A DNA stretch of 64,000 bases from assembly GCF_009914755.1 (NCBI RefSeq), contig NC_060927.1. The stretch is one strand, 5' to 3'. The notes beneath the pieces were generated by a model. That model was not told the DNA's origin. It saw nothing but the letters and a program-made list of their open reading frames with translations, and made no database searches. The DNA comes from the human T2T-CHM13v2.0 reference genome, Homo sapiens. This document shows positions 13,697 through 26,897 of the stretch, in pieces. Both the position numbers and the translations under genes were made by a program. Numbering within the stretch: the stretch's first letter is position 1; each line of letters starts with the position of its first letter.

Positions 13697-14336
13697 TTGC
13701 TGAGGAGAGCTTTACTTCCAACTATGTGGTCAATTTTGGAATAGGTGTGGTGTGGTGCTGAAAAAAATGTATATTCTGTTGATTTGGGGTGGAGAGTTCT
13801 GTAGATGTCTATTAGGTCTGCTTGGTGCAGAGCTGAGTTCAATTCCTGGGTATCCTTGTTAACTTTCTGTCTCGTTGATCTGTCTGATGTTGACAGTGGG
13901 GTGTTAAAGTCTCCCATTATTATTGTGTGGGAGTCTAAGTCTCTTTGTAGGTCACTCAGGACTTGCTTTATGAATCTGGGTGCTCCTGTATTGGGTGCAT
14001 ATATATTTAGGATAGTTAGCTCTTCTTGTTGAATTGATCCCTTTACCATTATGTAATGGCCTTGTCTCTTTTGATCTTTGTTGGTTTAAAGTCTGTTTTA
14101 TCAGAGACGTGGATTGCAACCCCTGCCATTTTTTGTTTTCCAGTTGCTTGGTAGATCTTCCTCCATCCTTTTATTTTGAGCCTATGTGTGTCTCTGCACA
14201 TGAGATGAGTTTCTTGAATACAGCACACTGATGGGTCTTGACTAACCCTATTTGCCAGTCTGTGTCTTTTAACTGGAGCATTTAGTCCATTTACATTTAA
14301 AGTTAATATTGTTATGTGTGAAGTTGATCCTGTCAT
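13697..14336 (-). pseudogene. L1 ORF2p endonuclease domain, frameshifted and 3'-truncated
   Basis: Two-frame translation with the IQETH, GDFNTPL and YSKIDH APE-like motifs. L1 homology ends abruptly at 13697. Confidence 0.9.
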
Positions 14337-14399
14337 TATGATGTTAGCTGGTTACTTTGCTCGTTAGTTGATGCAGTTTCTTCCTAGCCTCGATGGTCT

Positions 14400-15414
14400 T
14401 TACAATTTGGCATGATTTTGCAGTGGCTGGTACCGGTTGTTCCTTTCCATGTTTAGTGCTTCCTTCAGGAGCACTTTTAGGGCAGGCCTGGTGGTGACAA
14501 AATCTCTCAGCATTTGCTTGTCTGTAAAGTATTTTATTTCTCCTTCACTTATGAAGCTTAGTTTGGCTGGATATGAAATTCTGGGTTGAAAATTCTTTTC
14601 TTTAAGAGTGTTGAATATTGGCCCCCACTCTCTTCTGGCTTGTAGAGTTTCTGCCGAGAGATCTGCTGTTAGTCTGATGGGCTTCCCTTTGTGGGTAACC
14701 GGACCTTTCTCTCTGGCCGCCCTTAACATTTTTTCCTTCATTTCAACTTTGGTGAATCTGACAATTATGTGTCTTGGAGTTGCTCTTCTCGAGGAGTATC
14801 TTTGTGGCGTTCTCTGTATTTCCTGAATCTGAACGTTGGCCTGCCTTGCTAGATTGGGGAAGTTCTCCTGGATAATATCCTGCAGAGTGTTTTCCAACTT
14901 GGTTCCATTCTCCCCGTCACTTTCAGGTACACTAATCAGATGTAGATTTGGTCTTTTCACATAGTCCCATATTTCTTGGAGGCTTTGTTTGTTTCTTTTT
15001 ATTCTTTTTTCTCTAAACTTCCCTTTTCGCTTCATTTCATTCATTTCATCTTCCATCACTGATACCCTTTCTTCTAGTTGATCGCATTGGCTCCTGAGGC
15101 TTCTGCATTCTTCACGTAGTTCTCAAGCCTTGGCTTTCAGCTCCATCAGCTCCTTTAAGCACTTCTCTGTATTGGTTATTCTAGTTATACATTCGTCTAA
15201 ATTTTTTTCAAAGTTTTCAACTTCTTTGCCTTTGGTTTGGATTTCCTCCTGTAGCTTGGAGTAGTCTGATCATCTGAAGCCTTCTTCTCTTGACTCCTCG
15301 AAGTCATTCTCCGTCCAGCTGTGTTCCATTGCTGGTGAGGAGCTGCGTTCCTTTGGAGGAGGAGAGGCGCTCTGCTTTTTAGAGTTTCGTTTTTCTGCTC
15401 TGTTTTTTCCCCAT
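14400..15414 (-). pseudogene. L1 ORF1p, frameshifted near the N-terminus
   Basis: ATGGGGAAAAAACAG start at 15414, small deletion near 15388, and an open C-terminal 219 aa (RPNLHLISVPESDGENGTKLENTLQDIIQENFPNLARQ). Confidence 0.9.
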
Positions 15415-16220
15415 CTTTGTGGTTTTATCTACTTTTGGTCTTTGATGATGGTAATGTACAGATGGGTTTTTGGTGTGGATGTCCTTTCTTTTTGTTAGTT
15501 TTCCTTCTAACAGACAGGACCCTCAGCTGCAGGTCTGTTGGAGTTTGCTAGAGGTCCACTCCAGACCCTGTTTGCCTGGGTACCAGCCGCAGTGGCTGCA
15601 GAACAGCGGATTTTCATGAACCGCGAATGCTGCTGTCTGATCGTTCCTCTGGAAGTTTTGTCTCAGAGGAGTACCCGGCTGTGTGAGGTGTCAGTCTGCC
15701 CCTACTGGGGGGTGCCTCCCAGTTAGGCTGCTCGGGGGTCAGGGGTCAGGGACCCACTTGAGGAGGCAGTCTGCCAGTTCTCAGATCTCCAGCTGCATGC
15801 TGGGAACACCACTGCTCTCTTCAAAGCTGTCAGACAGGGACATTTAAGTCTGCAGAGGTTACTGCTGTCTTTTTGTTTGTCTGTGCCCTGCCCCCAGAGG
15901 TGGAGCCTACAGAGGCAGGCAGTATGGCACACTCAATTCATCTTCCTGGAAACCTCCATTTACATTTTATTGTTCAATCCAGAAGTAAATAACTTACATT
16001 CAACTATTGAGAAAAATTTTAAATGTGAGGACTACAGGGTAGATAAACTTCAAATATCTCAACTGGTACCCAGCTAAGTTCATGTAGACTTAGGTTTAAT
16101 TTTTTTTTTTTTTTTTTACAATATTGGCTTTGCCTTGTTTTATTTGCTTTAGAAATGAAATCTTAAGAACGTTGAAAATATGCTGGCTTATTTCTCCCTA
16201 TAGAAATATATTGCTAGTTA

Positions 16221-16272
16221 TTTCTACTTGTATAAAATATATAGGGTTTCTACTTGTATAAAATATATAGGG
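16221..16272. repeat. Perfect 26-bp tandem duplication
   Basis: TTTCTACTTGTATAAAATATATAGGG x2. Confidence 0.95.
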
Positions 16273-18885
16273 TTTTTTGTTGCTTGTTGGTTTGTTTTTT
16301 AGAACAAATGGAGTCAATGAGCTCTCTCTTCTTTTAGGTAGCACTTTCCATGTTGAATAATTCTCAACACAAGGAAACAAACCTGTTTTCTTTTTAAAAA
16401 TAATTACACAAGCAGGTCTTGAAAAATTTAGCTTACACAGTGCAGTATTATGTAGATTTAAATGTGTCCTCATCCTGCCCACTGCTGTCTTATATTTATT
16501 TTAAATTACCATTCTATTCTGATTTTTTTTTAGTGGTAGTCATTGCTATCATTTCAACATACGTTATATTCTGTCATTTTCTCTGGCTTTACTTGTGTAT
16601 ACACGTGTCCAAATTCATATATATGGATTTTATTAAAACCATAATTTAATAATTTTGTTTACATGCTTTTTTTCTGTTAACAATAGCTTAGGTTTTATAC
16701 AGATATCCCTCTCATTTTGATTAAGAACTACGTAATATTTCCTAGAATGAAAGTACCATAATAGCTTATTCCATTAAAAAATCTGTTACTCACCATGCTT
16801 CATCATGCATACATGAAGATATATATTTATGGTCATGTGTAGAAAAATAAAAGCAGAAATATTAAGTGAAATTAAAAATATATAACCTTTACAAGATTTC
16901 TAATAGATGCTAGCAAATTGCATTTAACAAATTATTTTCTCTCCAAGACTGTAGGAAAATGACATAACCCCGTCCCCTACCAGAAATGAATATCAAATTA
17001 ATCTTGATTTTACAAGTATTAGTATGCAGATATAAGGGTTGTTAGTTAATAACAACAACTGAGTATAATTTGAGCTGTTAGAAAATTATTTTCTTATATC
17101 TAAGGTAAAATTTTCCCTTAATATTGATTTATTGGTCTTAGCTCTACTCTTGGTATCAAAGAGAAAATGCTTCTATTTTGTTTATGTAACAATTTTTCCA
17201 CATACAAAGTAGTCACATGGTAAAAGACTGAATAGACTGCTAAAGCCCTACATAAAGAGCAACCCATATGTTACCTGTGTCTTCTATGGTTACTTGTGTC
17301 AAAGAGATTTCAATAATATGGTGCAAATTTTAAGGGGTCACATTTATTTTTCCCAAGACGTGATCTGTGTATTCGTGTTGCCTTCACAATTCAGGCAAGA
17401 AGGTTGCTACCCAGGGCTTTTCTTTATCCCCATTTCTCCCATCACCCCCGACCAGAAACTATATTAATTACACACGCAGATCAAAATCACCAGGTTTTAT
17501 TTCAGTTCTACTTTACTTGCCCTTTGGAGGCCAACCTCCCTTATTTCCACCCATCCTTTTTGTTTCTTCCTAGCTGCTGTCATTTTCTTTTCATATTTTT
17601 TCTATTAATCTCAATATCGTTCACGGTGTTTATCATGCTATTCCATTGTAATTAATGTCTCTGGGTTATGAAAGAGCAAATTTAACTTCTGTTTCACTTA
17701 GATGTGCTTTATCCCTGAGTAACACGATGCGTGAAAGGATGGACTTGGTGGATTTGGAAATGGAGATGAGACCCATAATGCTTTGCAGCAAATATGCCTG
17801 ATTCTGAATTTGAAAACTCTTTTAGTTTAGATTCCAATTGTATCCTAAAATAAATTTAGGTTCCACAGACATTTTACTAAGTGTCTGCTTTGGGTCAGGC
17901 ATAGCCCCAGGAACTCTCACACTGTATTGTTACGTTAACAAAAGTTATTAAGTGTATGAGAGTGAAACTGTGGAATGAAAACTGCATTTCGTATCAGAGA
18001 GAAAAGAAACAACTTACATTTTACATATTAAAATATAAAAAATCCAATATTTTACATGTGAATCCTGTGGGATTTCATACTGCTTGTATACATTAGCTCA
18101 AGTGATATTAATTGCAATATGGTGGAATACTAATAGTTTCATTTTTGCAGAAGAGAAAATCGAGTGTTACAGATGCTGACATCCTTGCCACTATCCTACA
18201 GCTATTCAGTGACATTCCAGGGCTAGGTTTCTGGTGGTTTTCTTTTTCTCTGGCTTCCAAGAGAATGGCATATTATATCTTAGTTTTGATTGCCTTCTCC
18301 CAGTAGTCTCCGTAATCAACAGAAGCAGCAACTCTACTTACTAGTATGCATAGGTTTGTGTTTTTTTAACGAAGTAAATATATTTTATTGAGTCTTTCCA
18401 AAATCTTTGTAATTTTCCTTAATAAATCAGGAAAGAAAGCATTGTGACTTTTTTTTCCAATATAATCCTGTATTTCCATGAAGATGGCTTCTTTCAGTGT
18501 TTATTTTGTTAAGCACATAGTCTATACATCTTTGTTAAATAAATGAATATGGAGCTTTTATTTTTCATAAATAATTTTATGCATGGTTCCAAACTGACCT
18601 GTCTGTATATTTTTATCACCTCAAGCCACAATATATTGATAGTATTTATTGAGTATCCATTTGATTATAGCACCATATTTCCTGCATATATGTTTTTATT
18701 CAATATTTGATACATTGGGAGAAAAAAATGAATACATTAAAAGTACCGACTGTTTTATTTCTTCCAATATATCTTTTTCTATACTGATATAGTTTATAGC
18801 TTTATAAATTCTAATAGCTACATTCTTTTTCATTCTCTTGATAAACTCTTTTGATTAAACATTTTGCAATTGTTGAACTTCATAG

Positions 18886-19212
<327 letters not shown>

Positions 19213-20129
19213 TGATTTTTTAAAGCAGGGACTCTAAGTTTGCATGTCAACTATAGTAAATGCATGTTACATACCCTTTTTCCATTTTTTTTTTGCTTAT
19301 TTTTAGTTTGTTATATGAAACCTGTTATTGATATAACCTCAAAAAACTTGCATGTGTCTAAAGTATGTTTACGTATATTTACAGCAGTGGTACTGTCATT
19401 AAAGATTTTAGGGCAGAGGGCAGTTTGCATCCTTATAGATACAATTACAAATATCTCTGTTCTTTCTTTTGTAACTACAAAATGCCTTCTGAAAGTAAAA
19501 GCATGGGTAATAGTTCTAAAGGCACTTTGATTATTTTTTGGAATATCATTCCTGAATTGAGCTGTGTGCGGTATCAAAGAATTGGGCTTTTCATTAGTCA
19601 GGATGTTTGTCCTCAATTGTTTCCTTAATGATGGTTCTTTCATTGCTGGAATGTCCTGTTTCTCCTGATGTATTTATTAGCCATGAGTTGACTCATTCTA
19701 TTTTTGAGGTATGTTTCTTCTGCAGGAATAAGCTACATAGGTAATTAAGCCATTTTTCTAATTTGCCTTTTAAATATACACAATGTGCAACAACCCTTTT
19801 TTAATACTGCCACTTCAATTTTGCCTTTTGAAAATACCAATAATATTTTTCTCAACAATTTCTTAGTTTACTACAGATTTTCTTTATTGTTTTATATTCT
19901 ATTTTAGTAGTCATTGCTTTTTTCTTTTATTTATATAATCATGCTTTTTTCATGATTATTAAAAAAGTAGTTTCTCTAGTATGGATATTTTTGGCAAATT
20001 TTGTTGTTTATTATTTTTTGTATTTCTTTTATTTAGATCTGACACCCCACCCTCGTTCCTCTTTTACTTTGTTCATAATTTTGAAGTCTCCCACTGACAC
20101 TTACTACTTTTTCTTTACTATATAACTAT

Positions 20130-20270
20130 TTTTTTCTTTTTTAATTTTTATTTTAGGTTTGGGGTGCATGTGCAGGTTCGTTGCAGAGGTAAACTTGTGT
20201 CATGGGGGTTTGTTGTACAGATTATTTCACTATCCGGGTATTAAGCCTAGTACCCTGTACAGTTATTTTT
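20130..20270 (-). mobile_element. Short L1PA (PA8-13-like) extreme 3' end
   Basis: T-rich tail, then CATGTGCAGGTT...AAACTTGTGTCATGGGGGTTTGTTGTACAGATTATTTC...GTATTAAGCCTAGTACCC. Confidence 0.85.
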
Positions 20271-21289
20271 CATGTTATTTTCTTGAGTATAAAAAGTGGT
20301 AAAATGTACTCCATTTATATGAATATTCCATGTCTTTCAACTTTAGTAGAATTTATGCTTATTAATAGCTTTCTTTTCCTATATCACTGGCAATGGAATA
20401 AAACCAAACATCTGTTTCTTTGTTGCTATCAGCATATTTAGGAATTGACAGAATCATTTGATTGAAAATTCTCTAAATATGATCACAGTACTTTATGGAT
20501 TTTCATCTTTTTTAACAACATAAATATGGATTACATTTGCCTTATAATCATGTGTTTGTGATGCAAGCAGATATACCAGTACTTAGATGGTTCTCAGGAG
20601 AGACTCCATTTCTCAGTCTAATACTGGTATAGGGGAAAGGAATTTAAACTGTTTTCAGAAAAAAAGGTCATCCATACCGCGTGTCATGTTCTTTGCATTT
20701 ATTCTAGTTTTAAGTTTCTTTAATATTTAACATGGAGATGTTACTACTTCTCTCACCAAGTTATAATAGAGGATGTTTAGGGTTGAATAAAATAATATAT
20801 GTTAAACATTTTACTTTATGGTTTATATACTATTAGTATTATGCTTATTTTATATATTGCCATTATCTTATCATGAAATAACAAAAATGCCGGGGGGGGG
20901 GTCTATCGATTTTGAGTTATGGTTTGCTAACTGCGTTGTCCTGAATGATTTCTCTGATCATGAAAAAGTACACAGTGGGTGGAATTGCAAACATCAATTC
21001 TTCTGGTAGTGTACACAGGCTTCTGTAAGTTAGGAAAATCCTTCGACAGTTATGGCCTTCAAATTCCCCTTCAAGACAGCTGTACAATAGAATATTGCCG
21101 TATTTCAATTTTCTCCCCATGAATTGTTCACATTAGTTTCTCAACCTAAAATGTCTTTTGGTGTGGTCTTATTTTTAATGTGAACTGGCTTAGAGGTCAG
21201 AGATTAATTGCCAATAATATTCCTGAAAAGAGTAGGAAACTACTTTTAAGTAAAACATTGCACTTAATCCAATAGGTCTTTATTCTTCA

Positions 21290-23075
21290 TAAACCAAATG
21301 TCCTTTCTGAATAATATTTTTCCTACTCAGTTAGATATTTTGGTATGTCCTGTAGATACCTCAATTTTAATATGGCCAAAAATATCTGTCATTTCCTCTC
21401 TTCAAACTATTTCCCTCTATTATTCTTAATTTTGATTACTATAGCCATTATCTACATACTTTTTTGAAGCTTAAAACCTAAGAACTGACATGGACAACTT
21501 CCTTTTTTCATTCCCACAATAAACTGTTCATTAAAACTTTTGAATCGACTTCCAAATGCTTCTCAAATCCAACCTCTCCTCTCGTCTCCTTGCCTTTTGT
21601 CAATACTTTACTTCAGGCAAACTTTATCTATTGTCTGGCCTATAGCTGAACATCCTGACTTGTGTCCCTACTCTCAGTTGTTCCTTAGTCTTTCATTCCT
21701 GGACATCTCGTTAAATTCTCTACATGGTTCCCAAAGTTACCTACCCATTATATCATAATATCATTTTTAAAGGTTTAAAAGGTTTTTGATGCAATATCAT
21801 TGGCTATTAGAGAAAAGCAAAGTAAAGCTACAATGACATGCCACTATACACTTACTAGAATGGGAAAAGTAAAACCATGCTGACAATATCAAGTGCTGGT
21901 AAATATGTGGAACAACTGGATCTCTCCTGCATTGGTGGTGGGAATGTAAATCGATACATTTATTCTGAAAAGCAGTTTGGCAGTCTTTTATAAAGTTAAC
22001 CATATCTTTATCACATGACATAGAAATCACAATCTTTAGTGTTTATCTCAGAGAAATGGAAACTTACATTCACGAAAAACCAGAACACTAAAATGCATAG
22101 GAACTTTATTTGTAATAGCCCTAATCTGGAAAAACTCAATTGTCGTTCAATGAATGAATGAATAAACAAACTGTGGTACATCATTACAACAGAATACTAC
22201 TCAGAAATGAAAAAGAATAAGCTATTAATAGACACAATAACTTGAATATATATTGAGGCTAAGTGGGAAAAAAGCCTATCTCAAAAGGTTACTTACTGTG
22301 TGATTCTATTTATTTAAAAGCCTAAATATGATGAAATGTAGTGATGGAGAACAGACCAGTGGTTATTAGGGGTTATGGTATGAGGAAGTGGAGGGTTGTG
22401 ACTATTAAAAGATAAATTTCTTTATGTTGATAGAACAGTACTCTATCTTGATTGTAGTGATACACTAATCTATATATGTCATGGAATTTATAGAACTATA
22501 TACTAAGGGAAGAAAAGATGACTGAAAAGTAGATGAAATCACAGTATGATCTGTAGTCTAGTTAATAGCATACCTATATCAATTTTTTGGCTTGGATGAA
22601 CTTCTTCGCTTACAAGTTTCTTTGGGAATCTCTGTACTGTTTTAAAAACTTGTTTATCTTAAAATATTTCAAAATAAAATCTTATTCAAGGGAAAAAAAA
22701 TAAAGGCTTCTACTGATTCCCAAGACCAAGAGAGATAAAAATCAAATTTTTACCAAGACATATAATATGAATCCAAGTTGTTTTTAAACTCTCTAATCAT
22801 CACTCTTCTTCATTCTTGCAAGTAGTTCATATCTTAGCCATTGGGAAATCACAGCTATGCACAGAATGCCTTCTTTCACCTCTCATTGACAAATTCCCAC
22901 TTATCTTTCAATACATGGGCTAAATTCTTCTTTGAGGATCTTCTCAAATCTCAAGTGCTGCTCCTACTCTGCTGCTATAACACTTCATCATACATTTTTT
23001 GAGAAATTATCACAATCCATTGGTTTTTTTTCTGTTTATGCATCAGTTTCTTTCTTTAGACAATCAACTGGACAG
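21290..23075 (+). mobile_element. L2 relic interrupted by the L1M at ~21790-22702
   Basis: Pyrimidine-rich L2-like sequence on both sides (TCTCAAATCCAACCTCTCCTCTC; GAATGCCTTC...ACTTATCTTTCAA). Confidence 0.55.
21790..22702 (+). mobile_element. L1M (L1MD/MC-like) 3' portion
   Basis: TGCTGACAATATCAAGTGCTGG...GGTGGGAATGTAAA...AAACAAACTGTGGTACA...ATTTCAAAATAAAA plus A-tail. Confidence 0.85.
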
Positions 23076-23889
23076 ATGGTATAGCACTGTTCCAGGTTCC
23101 TCTCAGAGGAGACAGTATTAGCCTAATTACTTTATAAGCTCAATCTAAAACTAATTTTACAACCAAGCCCAAAATAAATTAATGTTTTGTATTAATTGAG
23201 CTGTTGCACTTAGACTTGGTTAATATAAATGTTTTTATTTTCTTCCACCCACAAGGAATGTCTATTTTTCATTGTTGTTTCTGATCTCCATATTCTTGCC
23301 ATATTAGCAGAACATCAGTGTTTCAAATATATTTTTTAAAGCAAGCTTCATGGATCTAATAAACACTAATATCATCAGTGCTTTTCTATGGCCCAGGGAA
23401 ATTCTATCTAGAGTTACAGGACATTTTTGAATAGAGTTAGAAATATATACAGTTCTCTTGGAGTCCATAACATTTTATTTCCCAAATATTATGTTTGTGG
23501 AATCTAATACTTGCTGTTGTGTGCTATTATAGGCACAATTTTAAAAACATTTGTTTTATATATAAGCTCTTGGGTCATGATCTCAGGAAGTCATTTTAGA
23601 TTATGTTGGTTTTGTATGATAGAATCACTTTCTAAAAGTGATAATAGTACAACATGACAGACAGTGGTAATTGACCATAGAAAACAAAAGCAGAAAAATA
23701 TATTTGTATGAAGCAAAGCAAATTATGTATTAAGTTTGATGCCATAATTGTAATAATATGTTGAGATGCCTACTAATTCTAACCTCTTATTCAACCTAGT
23801 TTTTAAGGATTTTTTCCTATTCTTTTTATCATCAGTAAGCCAAGGTCTGTTCCTCCTTCTGTAATAGCTTTTTGTTTTACTATAGACAG

Positions 23890-24660
23890 CATAGAGTAAA
23901 TGCAAAAGTTTTAATCAATACAATTAACATGATTCACAAACCTTCCAGTGACATCTTTGCCAAATTTCATACCCTATATTACGAAGTTCTGCATGAAAAG
24001 CTTTGACTGTTTTTCTAATCCCATTGTATATCCTCCTTTTATGTAGTACACCCCAGACTTATTGGCCTTCTTCTTGTTCCTCCGACATCCAGGCTTGCAC
24101 TGGTTTGGGAACTTTAGCTGTTATCCCTCTTCAGGGTGTAATGCCTCAAGATTTCACACACGACTTTTTCTGGTTTTTCAGATCTTAGTTTAAGTGTCAC
24201 TTTCCCAGAGAGGCCTTTTCTGAGTATACAACTTAAAGTAATCTTGTCATAGTGTGTGTGCCAATGCTGTCTTATAACAGCTCACTAGGGCTTACAGTAT
24301 ACCTCTTTCCAACTATGTATTGAGTGATGTCATATTAGTATATTTAAATCAGTCATGTTGGGAATGTTTTCATCACAGAAAATGGCAAAAACTCGGCTTG
24401 CTTTGTTCCTTTTAGAGAGCTGGTTATTAAACATTTGTCAGCATACCATTGCCTATATTGCCTATTAATATGTGACTCTTTATATTCTTTATATTTCTTG
24501 CAACCTTTAATTTCTCTTCTGAAAACTCTATTCATATGCATCTATTTCTAGTAGAGTATAAGTTTGATAAGAACCAATTCCCTGCTGTCTTGCTAGTGCC
24601 TAGAATACTGATTTCCACATCATGAATGTACAGTAAATATTTTTTGAATGAGTAAATTAC
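23890..24660 (+). mobile_element. L2a 3' region with nested MER63
   Basis: TGGCCTTCTTCTTGTTCC...TGTCACTTTCCCAGAGAGGCCTTTTCTGA...CTAGTGCCTAGAATA...TAAATATTTTTTGAATGA. Confidence 0.7.
24250..24451 (+). mobile_element. MER63A-like (hAT-Blackjack) MITE
   Basis: Ends GAGAGCTGGTTATTAAACATTTGTCAGCATACCATTG. Internal CTCTTTCCAACT...AGTGATGTCA. Confidence 0.7.
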
Positions 24661-25903
24661 TAGGCTAACCTATCTGTTATTCAGTTATGATGACTTTATT
24701 AATATTTAACATCCATTAGTTGATTTTTAAAATAAAGCATCTATTCTTCTATGAATGATTTCCTTAAGTAACATTGGATATATATGTATGCTCTGTTATT
24801 AGTCTCTTTCAATTAGTCAGATGCCCATTTCAAGATAGCTCGTTAGATTTGCTTTATCCTAACATATAAACTTCACTCAGAAGAGAGAACTTTCAAATCC
24901 TTAAATCATCTAAGAAATCTCTCCAATTCTTTCATGTCAAGGTTAATAATTAAACGTTTAATATCTCTTTAAGCTATTAAGCTAGCAATAAAAATGCAAT
25001 ATTTTAACCCAATTTACTCGATTAAGGAACAATCCCAGATGTGATTTAACATGAAGAATTGCAGTGATCTGCAGTTCATTAAAATCTGAATACTAAAAAG
25101 AGAATTTTAAACATATTATGTAAAGACGTTCGTTTACCTCTTTTCCATAAAGAAATATTATCTTCATTTTCCTTAAAGCATGTTGATTATCCTTAGGTAC
25201 TGGATATATCTAACATGAATTATTGCCTTTTTCCCTGCAGAGCTGTGTACTGGTAGTTATTAAATAGCCCATTATCAACTGAAATTCAGATGCAGGTTTT
25301 ATTCTCCTTTTTTCTGACCATATTTTTCTGCTAGTGTTTATTTATTTACTTATTTTCATTAAAATGACCATGACCTTGGTGTTAAAATCAGTAATGTATA
25401 CAGAAAATTCATTTGGAATGCAATAGTTATAATTCAGTTCTGAAAATTTATGTTTATCAAAGTATAAAATATTTTTGTTATAGCTCTTTTAACTTTTCCT
25501 AAAGTGATGTGTGAGCATGATGTAACGTAGCAGAGGCCCAAATTTCCTTTAAGAATATTGCTTAGACCTCATATCATCTTCTAGCCTCACTATAAGCAAA
25601 TTGAGAACTGCAATCATTTGATGGTTTTAGGACTTAACAAGAAAAGAAAATACTAAAAATCAGATGTCCTACACTGAGAGTTTTATCTTCTAAAGAATTC
25701 TTTCATCTTTTATGTTAAGGACCTCCAAAGTATGATGTTGTTAACGTGAACACATATGTGCACAAATGAGAGCTGCGTTACAGCGCTGAGAAACTACATG
25801 TGGATCCTGAGACCAAGTTTAGCTGAAAAAGTACATCTGTGAGCAAACGGCATTGAATTTTATTATTAAGCATCTGATGAAGTGGTTCACCTTTTGTTTT
25901 TAG

Positions 25904-25982
25904 GTCCACATTTGCTGAAATGTAACTCTTATCTCATGCACTGGGAGTGATGAACTTCACTAGGAAATCATCGTTCTTTCTG
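25904..25982 (+). other. Candidate 79-nt spliced exon (likely 5'UTR or lncRNA)
   Basis: Acceptor TTCAC-CTTTTGTTTTTAG|G and donor CTG|GTAAGT in non-repetitive sequence. Stops occur in all three through-frames. Confidence 0.55.
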
Positions 25983-26671
25983 GTAAGTCACCACAGCACA
26001 AAACTGCAACCATTGTTTAGTAACAACTAGACTCTGATAGATGCTGTGGAGAATTTGACTAGAAGTAGGAGGATCATTTACTACATGGCAAAAAAACAAA
26101 TCAGTCTATCTTAGAAAGGTTAAAATTTACATGGATAATAAAGAAAGGAAGGTAGAAGAAGAGTGATAAATTAGTGAGAAAAGAACAGTAGGTGTAATTA
26201 TAGCAATATGCTTAAATGAAAGAGAAAAATATGGCAGAAGCATTTATTGATTTGAGATTGTAATTTTTTTAAATAAAAAAGCTTAGTCTGGATTCCAACT
26301 TGTATATAAAATTAGGAGCAAAGGTATGATTAATATGTTCATGGAATATAATTATCAAGAAACCACAGACATTTGTGTATGGAGGACACAGAAAGGTGAG
26401 AACTTGCTAACAGGAATCCCATTAAAGAAGCTTCAGAATTTGAAGATCAGCAAAGAGAAGGAAGAGATGAGAATGAAAGGCTTTATGAAGGAATGAAATG
26501 ACAGTCATTGCATTTATTGATGTATCTGTATTTAAACATAAGTATATTTATTTATATTTGAACATAACAGTTTTCTAGCAAAATTAATAAGGATTATGCT
26601 ACAGACATACTCAGTTACGATCTTAGAGGGATTCTGAGAACTCTTTGATAGGTTATTTACTTATAGTTTGT

Positions 26672-26897
26672 CAGTAGTTTCTAAACATTTTTGGATGGAC
26701 ATCTCTATAAGTAATAATATTTGAGCAAGTAAACTTCAGTACTATATTTGTTTATATGTACACAATTTTTCTAATATATAATTTAAAAATACCTACTAAA
26801 ATTGATGAGATAAGATGAATGTAAACAGAATTTTTAATAAATTATTTCTACCACAGCAGATCATTTTTGTATGCATCCCAATCTGGAGACTTCACAG
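26672..26897 (+). mobile_element. MER112-like hAT-Charlie MITE
   Basis: CAGTAGTTTCTAAACATTTTT...GATGAGATAAGATGAA...ATCTGGAGAC terminal motifs. Confidence 0.6.

Larger units (their letters stand above)
13697..15922 (-). mobile_element. L1PA3/L1PA4-like internal fragment: partial 5'UTR, ORF1, start of ORF2 (endonuclease); no 3' end or tail
   Basis: L1 5'UTR 15415-15922, ORF1 peptide 14400-15059, ORF2 EN peptides MTGSTSHITILTLNVNGLN and MVKGSIQQEELTILNIYAPNTGAP. Retains the ~129-bp UTR segment lost in younger L1s. Confidence 0.95.

Noticed and set aside
16100-16117. Poly-T run as the missing tail of the L1 fragment
   Set aside because: It lies on the 5' side of the element, ~180 bp away, so its position does not fit a tail.
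19726-19740. 15-nt micro-exon-like AG|...|GT, plus other lone acceptors (7849, 12899, 49026)
   Set aside because: The sites are weak or unpaired, as expected by chance in 64 kb of T-rich DNA.
25947-26036. Possible C/D box snoRNA (GTGATGA ... CTGA, ~90 nt)
   Set aside because: There is no terminal stem or recognisable rRNA guide, and the splice-site reading explains the region better.
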